Shown here piece after piece: positions 1 to 12,630 of a stretch of 64,000 nucleotides of DNA (position 1 is its first letter; every line of letters begins with the position of its first letter). The translations under genes and the position numbers were made by a program. The DNA lies in contig NC_057715.1 in assembly GCF_004010195.1 (NCBI RefSeq), positions 106,516,824 to 106,580,823 of the forward strand, in the 5' to 3' direction. This DNA is from Chiloscyllium plagiosum (taxonomy: Eukaryota). Below the pieces are notes generated by a model that was not told the DNA's origin, searched no databases, and worked only from the letters and a program-made list of their open reading frames with translations.

Positions 1-405
1 TTGGTGTACTGTGTGCAGTTCTGGTCGCCTCGCTTTAGGAAAGATGTGGAAGCTTTGGGGAGGGTGCAGAGAAGATTTACCAGGATGTTGCCTGGAATGG
101 AGAATAGGTCGTACGAGGATAGGTTGAGAGTGCTAGGCCTTTTCTCATTGGAACGGCGAAGGATGAGGGGTGACTTGAAAGAGGTTTATAAGATGATCAG
201 AGGAATAGATAGAGTAGACAGGCAGAATCTTTACCCAGAGAGTGGTGGGGGCATGGAATGCGCTGCCTGTGGGAGTGGCAGAATCAGAATCATTGGCGAC
301 CTTTAAGTGGCAATTGGATAGTTACATGGATAGGTGCTTAAGCTAGGACAAATGTTCGGCACAACATCGTGGGCCGAAGGGCCTGTTCTGTGCTGTATTG
401 TTCTA
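1..405 (+). mobile_element. CR1/HER1-type LINE 3' end
   Basis: YCVQFWSP...RVQRRFTRMLPGM...LGLFSLERRRMRGDL followed by a tgttcta tail. Confidence 0.9.
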
Positions 406-655
406 TCTCCCCTTAATCTTCTAAACTCCAATGAATACAATCACAGTATCCTCAGCCGTTCCTCCTATGTTAGACCTACCATTCCAGGGATCATCCGTGT
501 GAATCTCCGCTGGACACGCTCTCGTGCCAGTATGTCCTTCCTGAGGTGTGGGGACCAAAACTGGACACAGTACTTCAAATGGAGCCTAACCAGAGCTTTA
601 TAAAGTCTCAGTACCATACTGTTGCTTTTATATTCCAACCCTCTTGAGATAAATT
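406..655 (-). mobile_element. CR1 LINE fragment
   Basis: RGLEYKS...[21 protein letters not shown]. Confidence 0.85.
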
Positions 656-957
656 TCTCAGTTATTTTTCTGAAGATGTCTATTTGGATCACCTTTTCAG
701 TTCAGTCTGGTAGAGTCAATAATACTTAGGACATAGTTTTCTATTTCCTGAGCTTCCAAGAGCTGCCCAGGAAGCTTTCAAGTTTACAGACTGTGGCATC
801 AATAACTAGATGCTTTCTCACTCTGTCAAAAACGTAATTCAAACTCTGATCACTTCTGACATATTGACCATCTCCTCCACAATGTCCCAGTTACCATTCA
901 AAATCTGACATCTACTTGAGCTCAAAGTCTTCTCCAGACTGACTGGAGCCAATTCCG

Positions 958-1840
958 CACACACACTATGAGGCATGCACACACGTACACACACTCTCGC
1001 ACGCGCGCACTCTCTCGCACGCACACACTCCTCTCTCCCCTCTCTCACCCACTCACTCACATGCACGCATACACACACACACACTCTATCCATAAGACCA
1101 TAAGACATAGGAGCGGAAGTAAGGCCATTCGCCATTCAATCATGGCTGATGAGCATTTCAACTTCACTTACCCGCATTCTCCCCGTAGCCCTTAATTCCT
1201 TGTGACATCAAGAATTTATCAATCTCTGCCTTGAAGACATTTAGCGTCCCTCTCACACACACTCACCCACTCTCTCTCCCTCTCTCTCTCTCTCTCTCAC
1301 CCTCTCACACACACTCACTCACACATTCTCTCTCTCTTTCTTTCTCACTCACATTCACACTTCTCAGTCTATGGGGTGAATTTGCATTTTCAGATTTGTA
1401 TTTGCAGATACACTCTATTTTGTTCAAAAAGCACACAGTCTGTAGCCAATCAGTCCATGTGACATGTTATAAATTCCTACATTGGAAATAGAATCAGTCC
1501 GACTCAAGGTTGGAACACAGACCGACTCTAACCTCACACCTTTAATGTCTTGTCTGAGCTAAGGTGTCACCTTTTTTTATAAAACCTTAATTTATCTCGC
1601 GAATGAGACTTGAAAGAAGTTCTGGGAATGAATCGAAACCTGCAACCATTCTAAGTGATTAAAGACTTAAACGCAATCAAGGTTTGTTCAATGCATCGCA
1701 TCAGTTGTATGACACTTTGATCTTTTGCTATAAATTCTGTGTCCTATGACCCTGCCCTACGAGCTATCTGATGAAGGAGCAGCACTCCGAAAGCTAGTAC
1801 TTCCAAATAAACCTGTTGGACTATAACTTGATTTTTAACT
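958..1840 (+). mobile_element. PLE family B 3' region with (CA)/(CT) microsatellite; a CR1 3' fragment (1088-1246, minus) is nested in it
   Basis: Ends in a hammerhead plus aaataaacctgttggactataac, shared with 57669-57758 and 62245-62368. 5' limit uncertain. Confidence 0.6.
1768..1796 (+). ncRNA. Minimal hammerhead ribozyme, PLE family B
   Basis: CTGATGA-A-GGAG(cagca)CTCC-GAAA-GC-TA; helix III is the palindrome AGCT. Confidence 0.75.
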
Positions 1841-2093
1841 CTTCCCAGGTATGGACCTTGTTAATAGCCAACTCTGCTAAGTTAACCTTAATGCTTTTCC
1901 CCAAGTGATGAAGGTTCGTAGAAACTTATGATCAGGAACCAACCTGCAATTAACTTCCAGGCTGGGTCTTTTGAATAAATAAAAGCTTGTTTGGTCTGTT
2001 TCCCTTTTCACACAAGATGTTACCCAGAGTCCAAAGTAATCTTTTGGTCACAGTTCCCAGTTCCCAGCTCCAAACCAAAAGTTATGAAATTTG

Positions 2094-2467
2094 TGGGCGG
2101 CACGGTGGCTCAATGGGCGATAGGGTAGCTTGATGGTTAGCACTGCTGCCTCCCAGCGCCAAGGATTCGGATTCAATTCCATCCTCTGGCGATTGGCTGT
2201 GTGGAGTTTGCACATTCTCCTTATGTCTGTGCAGGTTTCCCCCAAGTGCTCCAGTTCCTTTCCAGAGTCCAACGAAGTGTAGGTTGTGTGGATTGATCAT
2301 GGTGAATTACTCATAGTGTTCAGGGACATGTAGGTCAAGTGCAGCAGCCATGGGAAACGCAGGGTTACAAGCATAAGATAAGGGGATGGTTCTGGTTGGG
2401 ATGCTCTTTGGAGGTTCAATGTGGACCCCGCTGAATGGCCTGTTTCCACACTCTAGGGATTCTATGG
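2094..2467 (+). mobile_element. HE1-like V-SINE
   Basis: gggcggcacggtggctca tRNA-like head, tgtgtggagtttgcacattctcc V-domain, CR1-like tail. Confidence 0.85.
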
Positions 2468-2499
2468 ATCCAAAAGGGAAATAATGAGCCTTCAAACAG

Positions 2500-5400
2500 C
2501 ACAAAAATAGATCAGCAAGTAAATTGCATAGTGATCATAAGGAGGCTGCAAATGCGTTTTACATAGATTAAGTGAATGATCAAAAATTTGGTAGATCGAG
2601 TTTAATGAATTGTGAGCATGTTTACATTGGGGCATGAATTAAAATGTTGTATATCATTTAAATAGAGACATTGAAGCACTTTGAGGTACAGAGGGATCCA
2701 TATATCCTAGAGATAGAATAGAACAATACAGCCCAGAACAGGCCCTTTGGCCCTCGATGTTGCACTAACCTGTGAACTAATCTAAGCCCATCCCCCTACA
2801 CTATCCCATCCTCATCCATGCGCTTATCCAAGAATTGTCTAAATGCTCCTAATGTGGCTGAGTTAACTATGTTGGCAGGCAGGGCATTGCACGCCCTTAC
2901 CACTCTCTGAGTAAAGAACCTGCCTCTGACATCTGTCTTAAATCTATCACCCCTCAATTTGTAGCTATGCCCTCTTGTACTAGGAAAAAGACTTTCACTG
3001 TCTACCCTATCTCATCCTCTGATCATCTTGTATATCTCTTAAATTCCCCCTTAACCTTCTTCTTTCCAATGAGGGCAGACCCAAGTCTCTTAGCCTTTCT
3101 TAAGACCTTCGCTCCAGGCCAGGAAACATCCTGGTAAATCTCCTCTGCACCTTTTCCAATGCTTCCACATCCTTCCTGTAATGGGGCGACCAGAACTGTA
3201 CACAATATTCCAAGTGCAGCCACACTAGTGTTTTGTATAGTTGCAGCATGATATTACAGCTCTGGAACTCAATCCCTCTACCAATAAAGCCTAACACACC
3301 GAATGTCTTCTTAACAGCACTATCAACCTGGGTGGCAACTTTCAGGGATCTATGTACATGGACTCCAAGATCCCTCTGCGCATCCACACTACCAAAAATC
3401 TTTCCATTGACCCAGTATTCTATCTTTCTGTTATTGTTCCCAAAGTGATTCACCTCACATTTATATGTACTGAACTCCATTTGCCACCTCTCAGCCCAAT
3501 TCTGCAGTTTATCCAAGTTCCCCTGCAACCTGTAACATTCTTCCACACTGTCCACTACTCCACCAACTTTAGTGTCGTCTGCAGATTTACTAATTCATCC
3601 ACCTATGCCTGCATCTGAGTCATTTATAAAAATGAGAAACAGTAGTGGTCCCAAAACAGATCCTTGTGGCACACCACTAGTAACTGGACTCCAGGCTGAA
3701 TATTTTCCATCAACCATCACTCGCTGCCTTCTTTCAGAAAGCCAGTTTCTAATCCAAACTGCTAAATCACCCTCAATCCCATGCCTCTGCATTTTCTCCA
3801 ATAACCTACCATGTGGAACCTTGTCAAAGGCTTTATTGAAGTCCATGTACACCACGTCAACTGCCCTACCGTCATCCACATGCTTGATCACCTTCTCAGA
3901 AAACTCACTGAGGTTTGTGAGACATGATCTACCCGTGATGAAACCATGTTAACTATCTGCAATTAAATTGTTTCTTGCTAGATGATTATATATCTTTCAT
4001 AATCCTTTCCAAAACTTTTCCCACAGGTCTACAATTACCTGGGTCATCTCTATTGCCCTTCTTAAGCAAGGGCACAACATTTGCAACCCTCTAGTCCTCT
4101 GGTACTAAACCTGTAGACAATGATTGCTCAAAGATCAAAGCCAGAGACTCCAACATCTCCTCCCTAGCTTCCCAGAGAATCCTCTGATAAATTCCATCTG
4201 GGGACTTGTCTACTTTCACTTTTTCTAGAATTGGTACCACCTCTTCCTTTACTAACTTCGATCCTATCTAGTCTAATACCTTGTATCTCATTTTTCTCAT
4301 CTACAATATTCTCCTTTTCCTGAGTGAAAACTGATGAGAAATATTCATTTAGCCCCTTTCCGATCTCCACAGGGTCCACGCACAACTTCCCACTTCTGTC
4401 TTTGACTGGCCCTATTCCTACCCTAGTCATCTTTTTATTCCTCACATACCTATAGAAAGCTTTAAGGTTCTCCTTTATTCTACCTGCTAAAGATTGCTTA
4501 TGTCCTCTCTTTGCTCTTCTTAACTCTCTCTTTAAATCCTTCCTCGCTAATCTGTAACTCTCCATCACCCCATCTGAACCATTCATCTCATCATCACAAA
4601 AGCCTCCTTTTTCCGCTTACCAAGAGATGCAATTTCTGCAGTAAACCATGGTTCCCTTACCTTATCACTTCCTCCCTGACTGACAGGGACATACCTATCA
4701 AGGACACGCAATATCTGTTCCTTAAACCAGCTCCACATTTCGATTGTTCCCAACCCCTGCATTTTGCTACCCCATTCTATGCATTCTAAGTCTTGCCTAA
4801 TTGCATTATAATTGCACTTCCACCATCGATAACTCTTGCCCTGTGGCATGTACCTATCCCTTTCCATCGCTAAACTAAACGTTACGGAATTATGGTCACT
4901 CTCTCTAAAGTGCTCACCTACCACTAAATCAAACACCTGGCCTGATACATTACCAGCACCAGATCCAGTGTGGCCTCCCCTCCTGATATATGAATAGCAA
5001 AACGTTAGTATGCAGATTTAGCAAGAGATTAGAAAGGCGAAGGGAATGTTATCTTTTATTACAAAGGAATGGAATATAAAAATTGGAATTCTTTGCTGCC
5101 ATTATATAGGGCACTGGTGAGATATGCATTGAGGGTGCTGCAGTTTTAGTCTCCTTAATTAAGAAAGAATATGATTATATTAAACACAGTCCAGAGGAAG
5201 TTTACCTAAGTGTTGCCTGGGCTGGACAGGATTTTATAATAAGGTTGAACAAATACCTTTTTTGCATTGGATGGTGAAAGAATGAGTGGTAATCTTATTG
5301 CAACATGTAAGATCCTGAGGGGACCAGATGGGGTGGATGCTAAAAGAATGTTTCCATTTGTGGGAAAAATTGACGTAGGGGTCGTTATTTAAAAACGAGT

Positions 5401-5630
5401 GCCACATTTAAGGTGGAGATGAGGAAAAACAAATCTGCAGACTCTCTTCTGCAGAAAGAAGGGCTACTGAATATTTTTGAGGCAGAGATAGATAGATTTG
5501 TGATTCACAAGGAAGTCAAAGTGTTAAGGGGTTGACAAGGCAGCAGTGTTGAGGCCACAAATAAATCAATCATTATGGTGGATCAGGTTCAGAGACAGAA
5601 TGGCCCATGTATGCTATCATCTCAGAATCT
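2500..5630 (+). mobile_element. Old degraded CR1 LINE split by a younger antisense LINE
   Basis: RT C-terminal sequence at 2500-2710 resumes collinearly at about 4985. Confidence 0.6.
2712..4984 (-). mobile_element. HER1/CR1 LINE, 5'-truncated ORF2
   Basis: ORFs 4583-4936, 4164-4586, 3595-3891 ([39 protein letters not shown]) and 3100-3555; (ttcta) tail. Confidence 0.92.
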
Positions 5631-5637
5631 GCTCTTT

Positions 5638-5795
5638 CATAGGATCTCTACAATGTGGAAGCAAGACATTCGGCCCATTGAGTCCAACAAACCCTCCGAA
5701 CAGCACCCCACCCAGATTCACCTCGCCTGTAACCCTACATTTTCCATAGCTAATTCATCTCGCCTGCACATCCCTGGCCACTATGGGCAATTTAT
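5638..5795 (-). mobile_element. HE1-like SINE 3' fragment
   Basis: Reverse complement of the 3' half of the 2094-2467 copy. Confidence 0.65.
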
Positions 5796-6581
5796 CCCAT
5801 ATGTTTGCGATTGTATGTTCAGACGTGTGTGTTTGTAAGTCCTGACTTGCTGTCTTGGTTTCAAGATCCAAAAGGAGCACCTTTAAATGACTAAACTGCA
5901 GTCCTGAAACAAAATTAACTTGTTTTTACTACTTTCCAACCTCTCTGCATTGAAATTCCCCTTCTGTTTTTGCAGTGTTTTCTTGTTACTGATATGTGGG
6001 TGTTTACAACCATTTCTTGCCAGACAAAGAGAAGAAAAGTGTACTCAAGAACTTGTGTTGCCTTGTGATATTTCTGTCATCTCACAGGCTGAAGGTCATG
6101 GTTTCATGTGCAGAGACTAGCACACACAAAAATCAAGACTAACACATCAGCATTGAGGGTGTGCTGCACTATCAGAGGTATCACCTTTTCGGTGAAAATT
6201 TATTTAAAGCAAGACTCTTGTCAGTGGACCTCAAAGATTCCATTGCACCATGTCGAAAATCAGCAGGGGAGTCTGCGTCACTCTCCTGCCTAACATCATC
6301 TTTTGACCAACATCACACAAACAGCTTTACTGATCGTTATTCCACAGCTGTCTCCTTGACTGACCTCTGGCAGGATCTGTCAAAGTGCGGCTCCCTAAAT
6401 ACCATCAATGATTGCAATATTGAAACTATGCAACTGGCAGCAAAGCTCACTGTAGTGAGCTCATGAAAGGTATAGCGTTAAGTCTTTCTTTACTTCCGAG
6501 ATGTAGAGGGTGATACTGGCAGAAAGCTCAAATCATGTCGAATTAGAAGGGAAATGGAGCAGGTTTGAGGAAACCTAACCG

Positions 6582-6730
6582 CTTCAGGCTCTCTGCCTGT
6601 ATTCCTGGTGAAGGGCTTTTGCCTGAAACGCCGATTTTACTGCTTCTCGGATGCTGCCTGAACTGCTGTGCTCTTCCAGCACCACTAATCCAGAATCTGG
6701 TTTCCAGCATCTGTAGTCATTGTTTTTGCC
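6582..6730 (+). mobile_element. PLE family A-related 3' terminus with decayed hammerhead
   Basis: attcctggtgaagggcttttgcctgaaacgccg...tccagcatctgtagtcattgttttt; same end as 50245-50381. Confidence 0.75.
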
Positions 6731-6969
6731 ACAAATATAATTACATAACAATGGGACCAATAGCTAATTTTAAACCACCCCCTTGTGTCGAAAACAACTT
6801 TTCTGAAGTGGGGATTCTTATGAAGCAGGGAGATGTAGTTTTTTAATTCACTCATAGGACATGGGCACCGCTGACTAGGCCAGCATTTATTGCCCATTCC
6901 TAGTTGCCCTTAAGGTGGTGGTGAGCTGTTTTCATGAACCGCTGCAGTCCATTTGGAGCAGGTACACAC

Positions 6970-8290
6970 ACATAGAACATAGAACATATAACATTACAGC
7001 GCAGTACTGGGCCTTTGGCCCTCGATGTTGCGCCGCACTGTCATACTAATCTGAAACCCATCCCACCTACACTATTCCATGTACGTCCACTTGCCTATCC
7101 AATGACGACTTAAACTTGGCGAATCTACTACCAATGCAAGCAAAGCATTCCATACCCTTACTACTCTCTGAGTAAGGGTAAAGAAACTACCTCTGACATC
7201 TGTCTTATACCTATCTCCCCTCATTTTAAAGTTGTGTCCCCTCGTGTTTGCCATCCTTGGAAAAAGGCTCTCCCTGTCCACCCTATCTAACCCTCTGATT
7301 ATCTTGTATGTCTCTATTAAGTCATCTCTCAACCTACTTCTCTCTAACGAGAACAGCCTCAAGGCCCTCAGCCTTTCCTCGTAAGACATTCCTTTCATAC
7401 CAGGCAACATCCTCTGCACCCTTTCCAAAGCTTCCACATCCTTCTTATAATGCGGTGACCAGAATGTCCACAATACTCCAAATGTGGCCATACCAGAGCT
7501 TTGTACAGCTGCAGCATAACCGCCTGGCTCCGGAACTCAATCCGTCTATTAATAAGGGCCAAAACACTGTATGCCTTCTTAACAACCTGTCAATCTGGGT
7601 GGCAACTTTCAGGGATCTGTGTACATGGACACCGAGATCTCTCTGCTCATCTGCACTCCCCAAGAATATTACCATTAGCCCAGTACTTTGCATTCTGGTT
7701 ATTCCGACCAAAGTGAATCACCTCACACTTGTCCGCATTAAACTCCATTTGCCACCTCTCAGCCCAGCTCTGCATCCTATCTATGTCTCTCCCATGTCTC
7801 CTCCTGGCTCTTCTGAGCTCTCTTTTTAGGTCTTTCCTGACTTCCTTGTAACCCTCAAGCCTAACTGAGTTTTCACATTTTGTCCTAACATAAGCCTTCT
7901 TCTTGACCAGGGATTCCACTTCCTTAATAAACCACGGCTCACGCGTTCTATATCTTCCTCCCTGCCTGACAGGTACATACTTATCTAGGACACACAAGAG
8001 CTTTTCCATGAATAAGATCCACATTTTTAATGGGCTCAACCCCTGCAGTTTCCTTCCCCATTCTGCGCTTCCTAAATCTTTCCTCATTGCATCGTAATTT
8101 CCCTTCCCCCAGCTGTAAGTCTTGCTCGGTGGAGTACACCTATCCCTTTCCATCACTAAAGTAAACTTGACAGAATTGTGATTGCTGTCTCCAAATTGCT
8201 CACCTACTTCCAAATCTAACACCTGGTCAGGCTCATTATCCAGTACTAAACCTTAAGTGGCTTCGCCCCTTGTAGGCCTGTCTACATACA
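6970..8290 (-). mobile_element. HER1/CR1 LINE with a large internal deletion (junction near 7790)
   Basis: ORF 7647-8222 fuses LKRELRRARRRH directly to DIDRMQSWAERWQMEFN, skipping the RT core. Confidence 0.88.
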
Positions 8291-8291
8291 C

Positions 8292-8820
8292 AATGCTATT
8301 AAGGAGGGATTTCCAGGATTGTAACCCATTGACACTAAAGGTACAGTGATATATTTAAAAGTCAAGATGGTGGGTCACTTGGAAGGGAACTTGCAGGTGG
8401 TGGTGCTCCCATGTACCTGCTGCGCTTGGCCTTCTGGATGTAAGTAGTCATGGATTTGGAAGGTGCTTCAGAAGGAGCCTTTGTGGATTTCTGCAGTGCA
8501 TCTTACAGTTGATGCATACTAATGTGACTGAGTGTTGATGATGGAGGGAGTGGATGTGGTGCCAGTCAAGAGGAATGCTTTGTCCTGGATGGTACAAACT
8601 GCTTGCGTGTTGTTGGAGCTCCAAACAAGTGGGGAGTATTCCATTACAATCCTGACTTGTACCTTGTAGATGGTATACAGGCTTTGGTGAGTCAGGAGAT
8701 GAGTTACGAGCTGCACTATTCTTAGCCTTTGACTTGCTCTTGTAGCTACTTGTTTTTTGTGGTGAGCCCAGTTCAGTTTTTGGTCAATGGCTAATCCCAG
8801 GATGTTAATAGTGGGGGATT
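8292..8820 (-). mobile_element. Second LINE family (CR1/L2 group) 3' fragment; its tail continues at about 6850-6965
   Basis: TIYKVQVRIVMEYSPLVWS...TIQDKAFLLTGT; homologous to 39720-40625 and 44445-45375. Confidence 0.7.
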
Positions 8821-9182
8821 TGCCTCAAGGCCAGAAGCCTCAGTACAAGTCACAACGCCTCCAGAGATGTGGCTTGACATGTCTGGAAAGATTGCATACA
8901 ACTATCTAAACCTGCTGCAGCTTTACCTTTTGCTCTGTTCCTGTCTATTCATGAATTATCATCTGTGTAGTATTTCTTTTGGCAGTTGAATTGATCAATT
9001 GGAATCCTACAATGTCAGCTGCAACTTCTTTCACTCCAAATTATTCAGGTCAAAACACGATTGGACTCTAATAGATGCTGAATGTTCAGACTTATGGCTT
9101 ATTCACCTGGAATTCATTGATTTAACATCTTTTTCTTGAGCTATAACCACTGATAAATCACAGTCTCAGCATACAGCATTGG

Positions 9183-9664
9183 AGTGTTGAGTAAAGAGCT
9201 CCGGCCCGAAACGTCGATTTTCCTCCTCCTTGGATGCTGCCTGACCTGCTGTGCTTTTCCAGCAAACACACTCTCAACATTGTACTTAAGAGCCGAGTTC
9301 TATATTAAAAGGAATAATGAGGGCCATGAATAAGGTGAACAGCCAAGGTCTTTTCTCCAGGAGAGGAGAGTCCAAAACTAGAGGGCATAGGTTTAAGGTG
9401 AGAAGGGAAAGATTTAAAAGGGACCTAAAAGGCAATTTTTTTCATGAAGAGGGTGGTGCGTGTATGGAATAAGCTGCCAGAGGAGATAGCGGAGGCTGGT
9501 GCAATTACATTTAAAAGGCAACTGGATGGGTACATGAATAGGAAGGGTTTAGAGGGATATGAGCCAAATACTGATAAGTGGGACTAAGTAATTTAGGATA
9601 TCTGGTTTGCATGGATGAGTTGGACCAAAGAGTCTGTTTCTGCGCTGTACGACTCTATGACTCT
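9183..9664 (+). mobile_element. Decayed PLE family A terminus (9183-9278) followed by a CR1 3' end (9318-9664)
   Basis: gcccgaaacgtcgattttcct...ggatgctgcctgacctgctg, then ctagagggcataggtttaaggtgaga...ctctatgactct tail. Confidence 0.8.
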
Positions 9665-11452
9665 AAAAGGCCACATTTTGGTACATTTGTGCCTTGGTAT
9701 TCAATAGCACCCTCAATACCATTAGAGCATGGTGGGCGCTGTGGGGCCTGGAAGCTGTCCCTCCAACACCATTTCAATTTAACTCCTTCCTTGTTTTCCC
9801 ACTTTTTTTTGTTGCTGTGACAATGTCCCTGGTGTGCAGTGTTTGTAATTTAGACTTTGTTTAGTTCGCAGATTGGAATTTGAGTGATTTGTTGTGTTGC
9901 TGCATTTGCAGTTTGTAATTTGTTCACTGGCTGATTGGATAATTTGCCGCTGAGTTCTTTTTCACGTTAATTGGGCATTGCAGCAGCTGGAATGTCTTAC
10001 CTCCCCTCCACATGATCATTTCATTTGAGGTTCTTGTGGGTGTGTCCCAAACTCTGAGCCAAGAGATCCTGGTACAAGTCCCATCTGCTCCAGAGGTGTG
10101 CAATAATATCTCTGAACAGATTCATTAGAAAATATTATAAAGATTTGATTTAAATTTCTTTAGTTTTTCCCTCTTTTTGTAGTTAACATTAAGATCTGCC
10201 CCATGGGTGTTTTTTGTGTCTGTTAATTTGGAATTGAGTTTAATTTTAAAAAGTGAGCTGAGTTCTTCTCTAATTGAGAGTTGACTTCTGGAGGGAGAAA
10301 GGTTCCAGAAGGTACTGGTGATGGACGGAGGATTGGCTGACGACAGAAGGCAGGGATTTAGGGATAAAGGGATTGTAGTGATGACTAGTGGAGTTCTGTA
10401 GGGGTCATTGTTGGGACCACAACTGTTCATGTTATACATTAATGATCTGAACGAAGGAACTGAAGAATTGTTCCTAGGTTTGCAAGTGACACAAAGATTG
10501 ATGGAAAGACAGTTTGTGTTGGGGAATCGGGGAGGCTGCAGAGGCCTTGGGCAGACTGGGAGAGTAGACAAAGAGGCAGATGTAATATAATGTGGGAAAG
10601 TGTGAGGTTATGCATTTTGATAGGAAGAATAAAGATGCAGACTATTTTCTAAATAGGGAAACGCTTTGAAAATCTGAAGCACAAAAGAACCTGGCAGTCA
10701 ATTCATGATTCTCATAAGATTAACATGCAGGTTAGGAAGGCAAATGCAACATTAGAATTCATTTTAAGAGTGTTAGAATACAAGAGCAGAGATATACTGC
10801 TGAGACTGTATAAGGCTCTGATCAGATTGCATTTGGAATATTGTGAACAGTTTTGGACCCAGCATCAAAGAGATGGTTCGTTGGCACTGAACAGGATCCA
10901 AAGGAAGTTTACAGAACATGATCCTGGGATGAGGGGGCTGTCATATGAGGAGTGGTTGAGAACCTTGGGTCTATACTTTGTACAATTTAGAAGGCGGAGG
11001 TGTGAGGATCTCATTAAGACTTACAGAATGCAGCGAGGTCTGGATAGAGTGTAAATGGAGATTGTGTTTCAATTAGTGGAACAGGGAGAACTAGCCATTT
11101 GGATACAGAACTGGCTCAAAGGTACAAGACAGAGGGTGGTGGTGGAAAGTTGTTTTTCAGACTGGAGGCCTGTGACCAGTGGAGTGCCACAAAGATTGGT
11201 GCTGGGTCCCCTACTGTTCGTCATTTACATAAATGATTTGGATCCGAGTATAAGAGGTACAGTTAGTAAGTTTGCAGATGACACCAAAATTGGAGGTGTA
11301 GTGGACAGCGAAGAGGGTTACCTCAGATGACAACAGGATCTTGATCAGATGGGTCAATGGACTGAGAAGTGGCAAATGGAGTTTAATTCAGATAAATGTG
11401 AGGTGCTGCATTTTGGGAAAGCAAATCTTAGCAGGACTTATACACTTAATGG

Positions 11453-11592
11453 AGAAAGTGAGGTCTGCAGATGCTGGAGATCAGAGCTGAAAATGTGTTC
11501 CTGAAGAAGGGCTTATGCCCGAAACATCGATTCTCCTGTTCCCTGGATGCTGCCTGACCTGCTGCGCTTTTCCAGCAACACATTTTCAGCCG
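11453..11592. mobile_element. 140-bp hammerhead mini-PLE (family A) with inverted arm
   Basis: 15-bp TSD TTATACACTTAATGG at 11438-11452 and 11593-11607; ribozyme core at 11501-11528. Confidence 0.9.
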
Positions 11593-11697
11593 TTATACAC
11601 TTAATGGTAAGGTCCTAGGGAGTGTTGCTGAACAAAGAGATCTTGGAGTGCATGTTCATAGCTCCTTGAAAGTGGAGTCGCAGATAGATAGGATAGT

Positions 11698-12630
11698 TCA
11701 AAGTTTGTGCGAAGATTTGTAGCTCGGGTGCTCATTGCTGTGGTTCTGTTCGCCGAGCTGGAAGTTTTTGTTGCAAAAGTTTCATCCCCTGGCTAGGCGA
11801 CATCATCAGTGCTTGGGAGCCTCCTGTGAAGTGCTTCTTTGATGTTTCCTCCGGTGTTTATAGTGGTCTGTCCCTGCTGCTTCCGGTTGTCAGTTTCAGC
11901 TGTCCGCTGTAGTGGTTGGTATATTGGGTCCAGGTCGATGTGTTTGTTGATGGAGTTTGTGGACGAATGCCATGCCTCTAGGAATTCCCTGGCTGTTCCC
12001 TGTCTGGCTTGCCTGATGATACATACCATACATACCATACCACACTACCATACATCAGGAGCATCTCGGAACTGACAGCCAGACTACTGCGACCCCTAGG
12101 ACTCATAACGGCACACAAACCAACAGCCACGCTCAGACAACAACTCACCAGAACGAAGGCAAAACTAATGTAGTGTTCTAAATACCATGCAAGGACTGCA
12201 CAAAACACTATATAGGACAAACAGGAAGACAACTAACAATCCGCATATATGAACATCAACTAGCCACGAAACGCCACGACCAGCTATCCTTCGTAGCCAC
12301 ACACGCAGACAACAAGCAACATGAATTCGACTGGGACAACACTACTATCATAGGGCAAGCCAGACAGAGAACAGCCAGGGAATTCCTAGAGGCATGGCAT
12401 TCATCCACAAACTCCATCAACAAACACATCGACCTGGACCCAATATACCAACCACTACAGCAGACAGCTGAAACTGATAACCGGAAGCGGCAGGGACAGA
12501 CCACTATAAACACCGGAGGAAACATCAAAGAAGTGCTTCACAGGAGGCTCCCAAGCACTGATGATGTCGCCTAGCCAGGGGACGAAACGTTTGCAACAAA
12601 AACTTCCAGCTCGGCGAACAGAACCACAGC
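11698..12630 (+). mobile_element. PLE family C (Penelope/Poseidon-like), 5'-truncated, with inverted pLTR
   Basis: TLPYIRSISELTARLLRPLG...IPCKDCTKHYIGQTGRQLTIRIYEH...REFLEAWHS (GIY-YIG domain). Inverted copy at 11698-12016. 12-bp TSD AGATAGGATAGT at 11686-11697 and 12631-12642. Confidence 0.92.
12555..12594 (+). ncRNA. Minimal hammerhead ribozyme, PLE family C
   Basis: gca-CTGATGA-T-GTCGCCT(agcc)AGGGGAC-GAAA-CG-TT-tgc; helix I gca/tgc. A mutated inverted copy lies at 11773-11812. Confidence 0.75.

Noticed and set aside
11453-11592. MITE or DNA-transposon interpretation of the palindromic mini-elements
   Set aside because: The arms are asymmetric, TSD length varies from 10 to 16 bp, solo non-inverted copies exist, and the sequence equals the 3' end of GIY-YIG retroelements.
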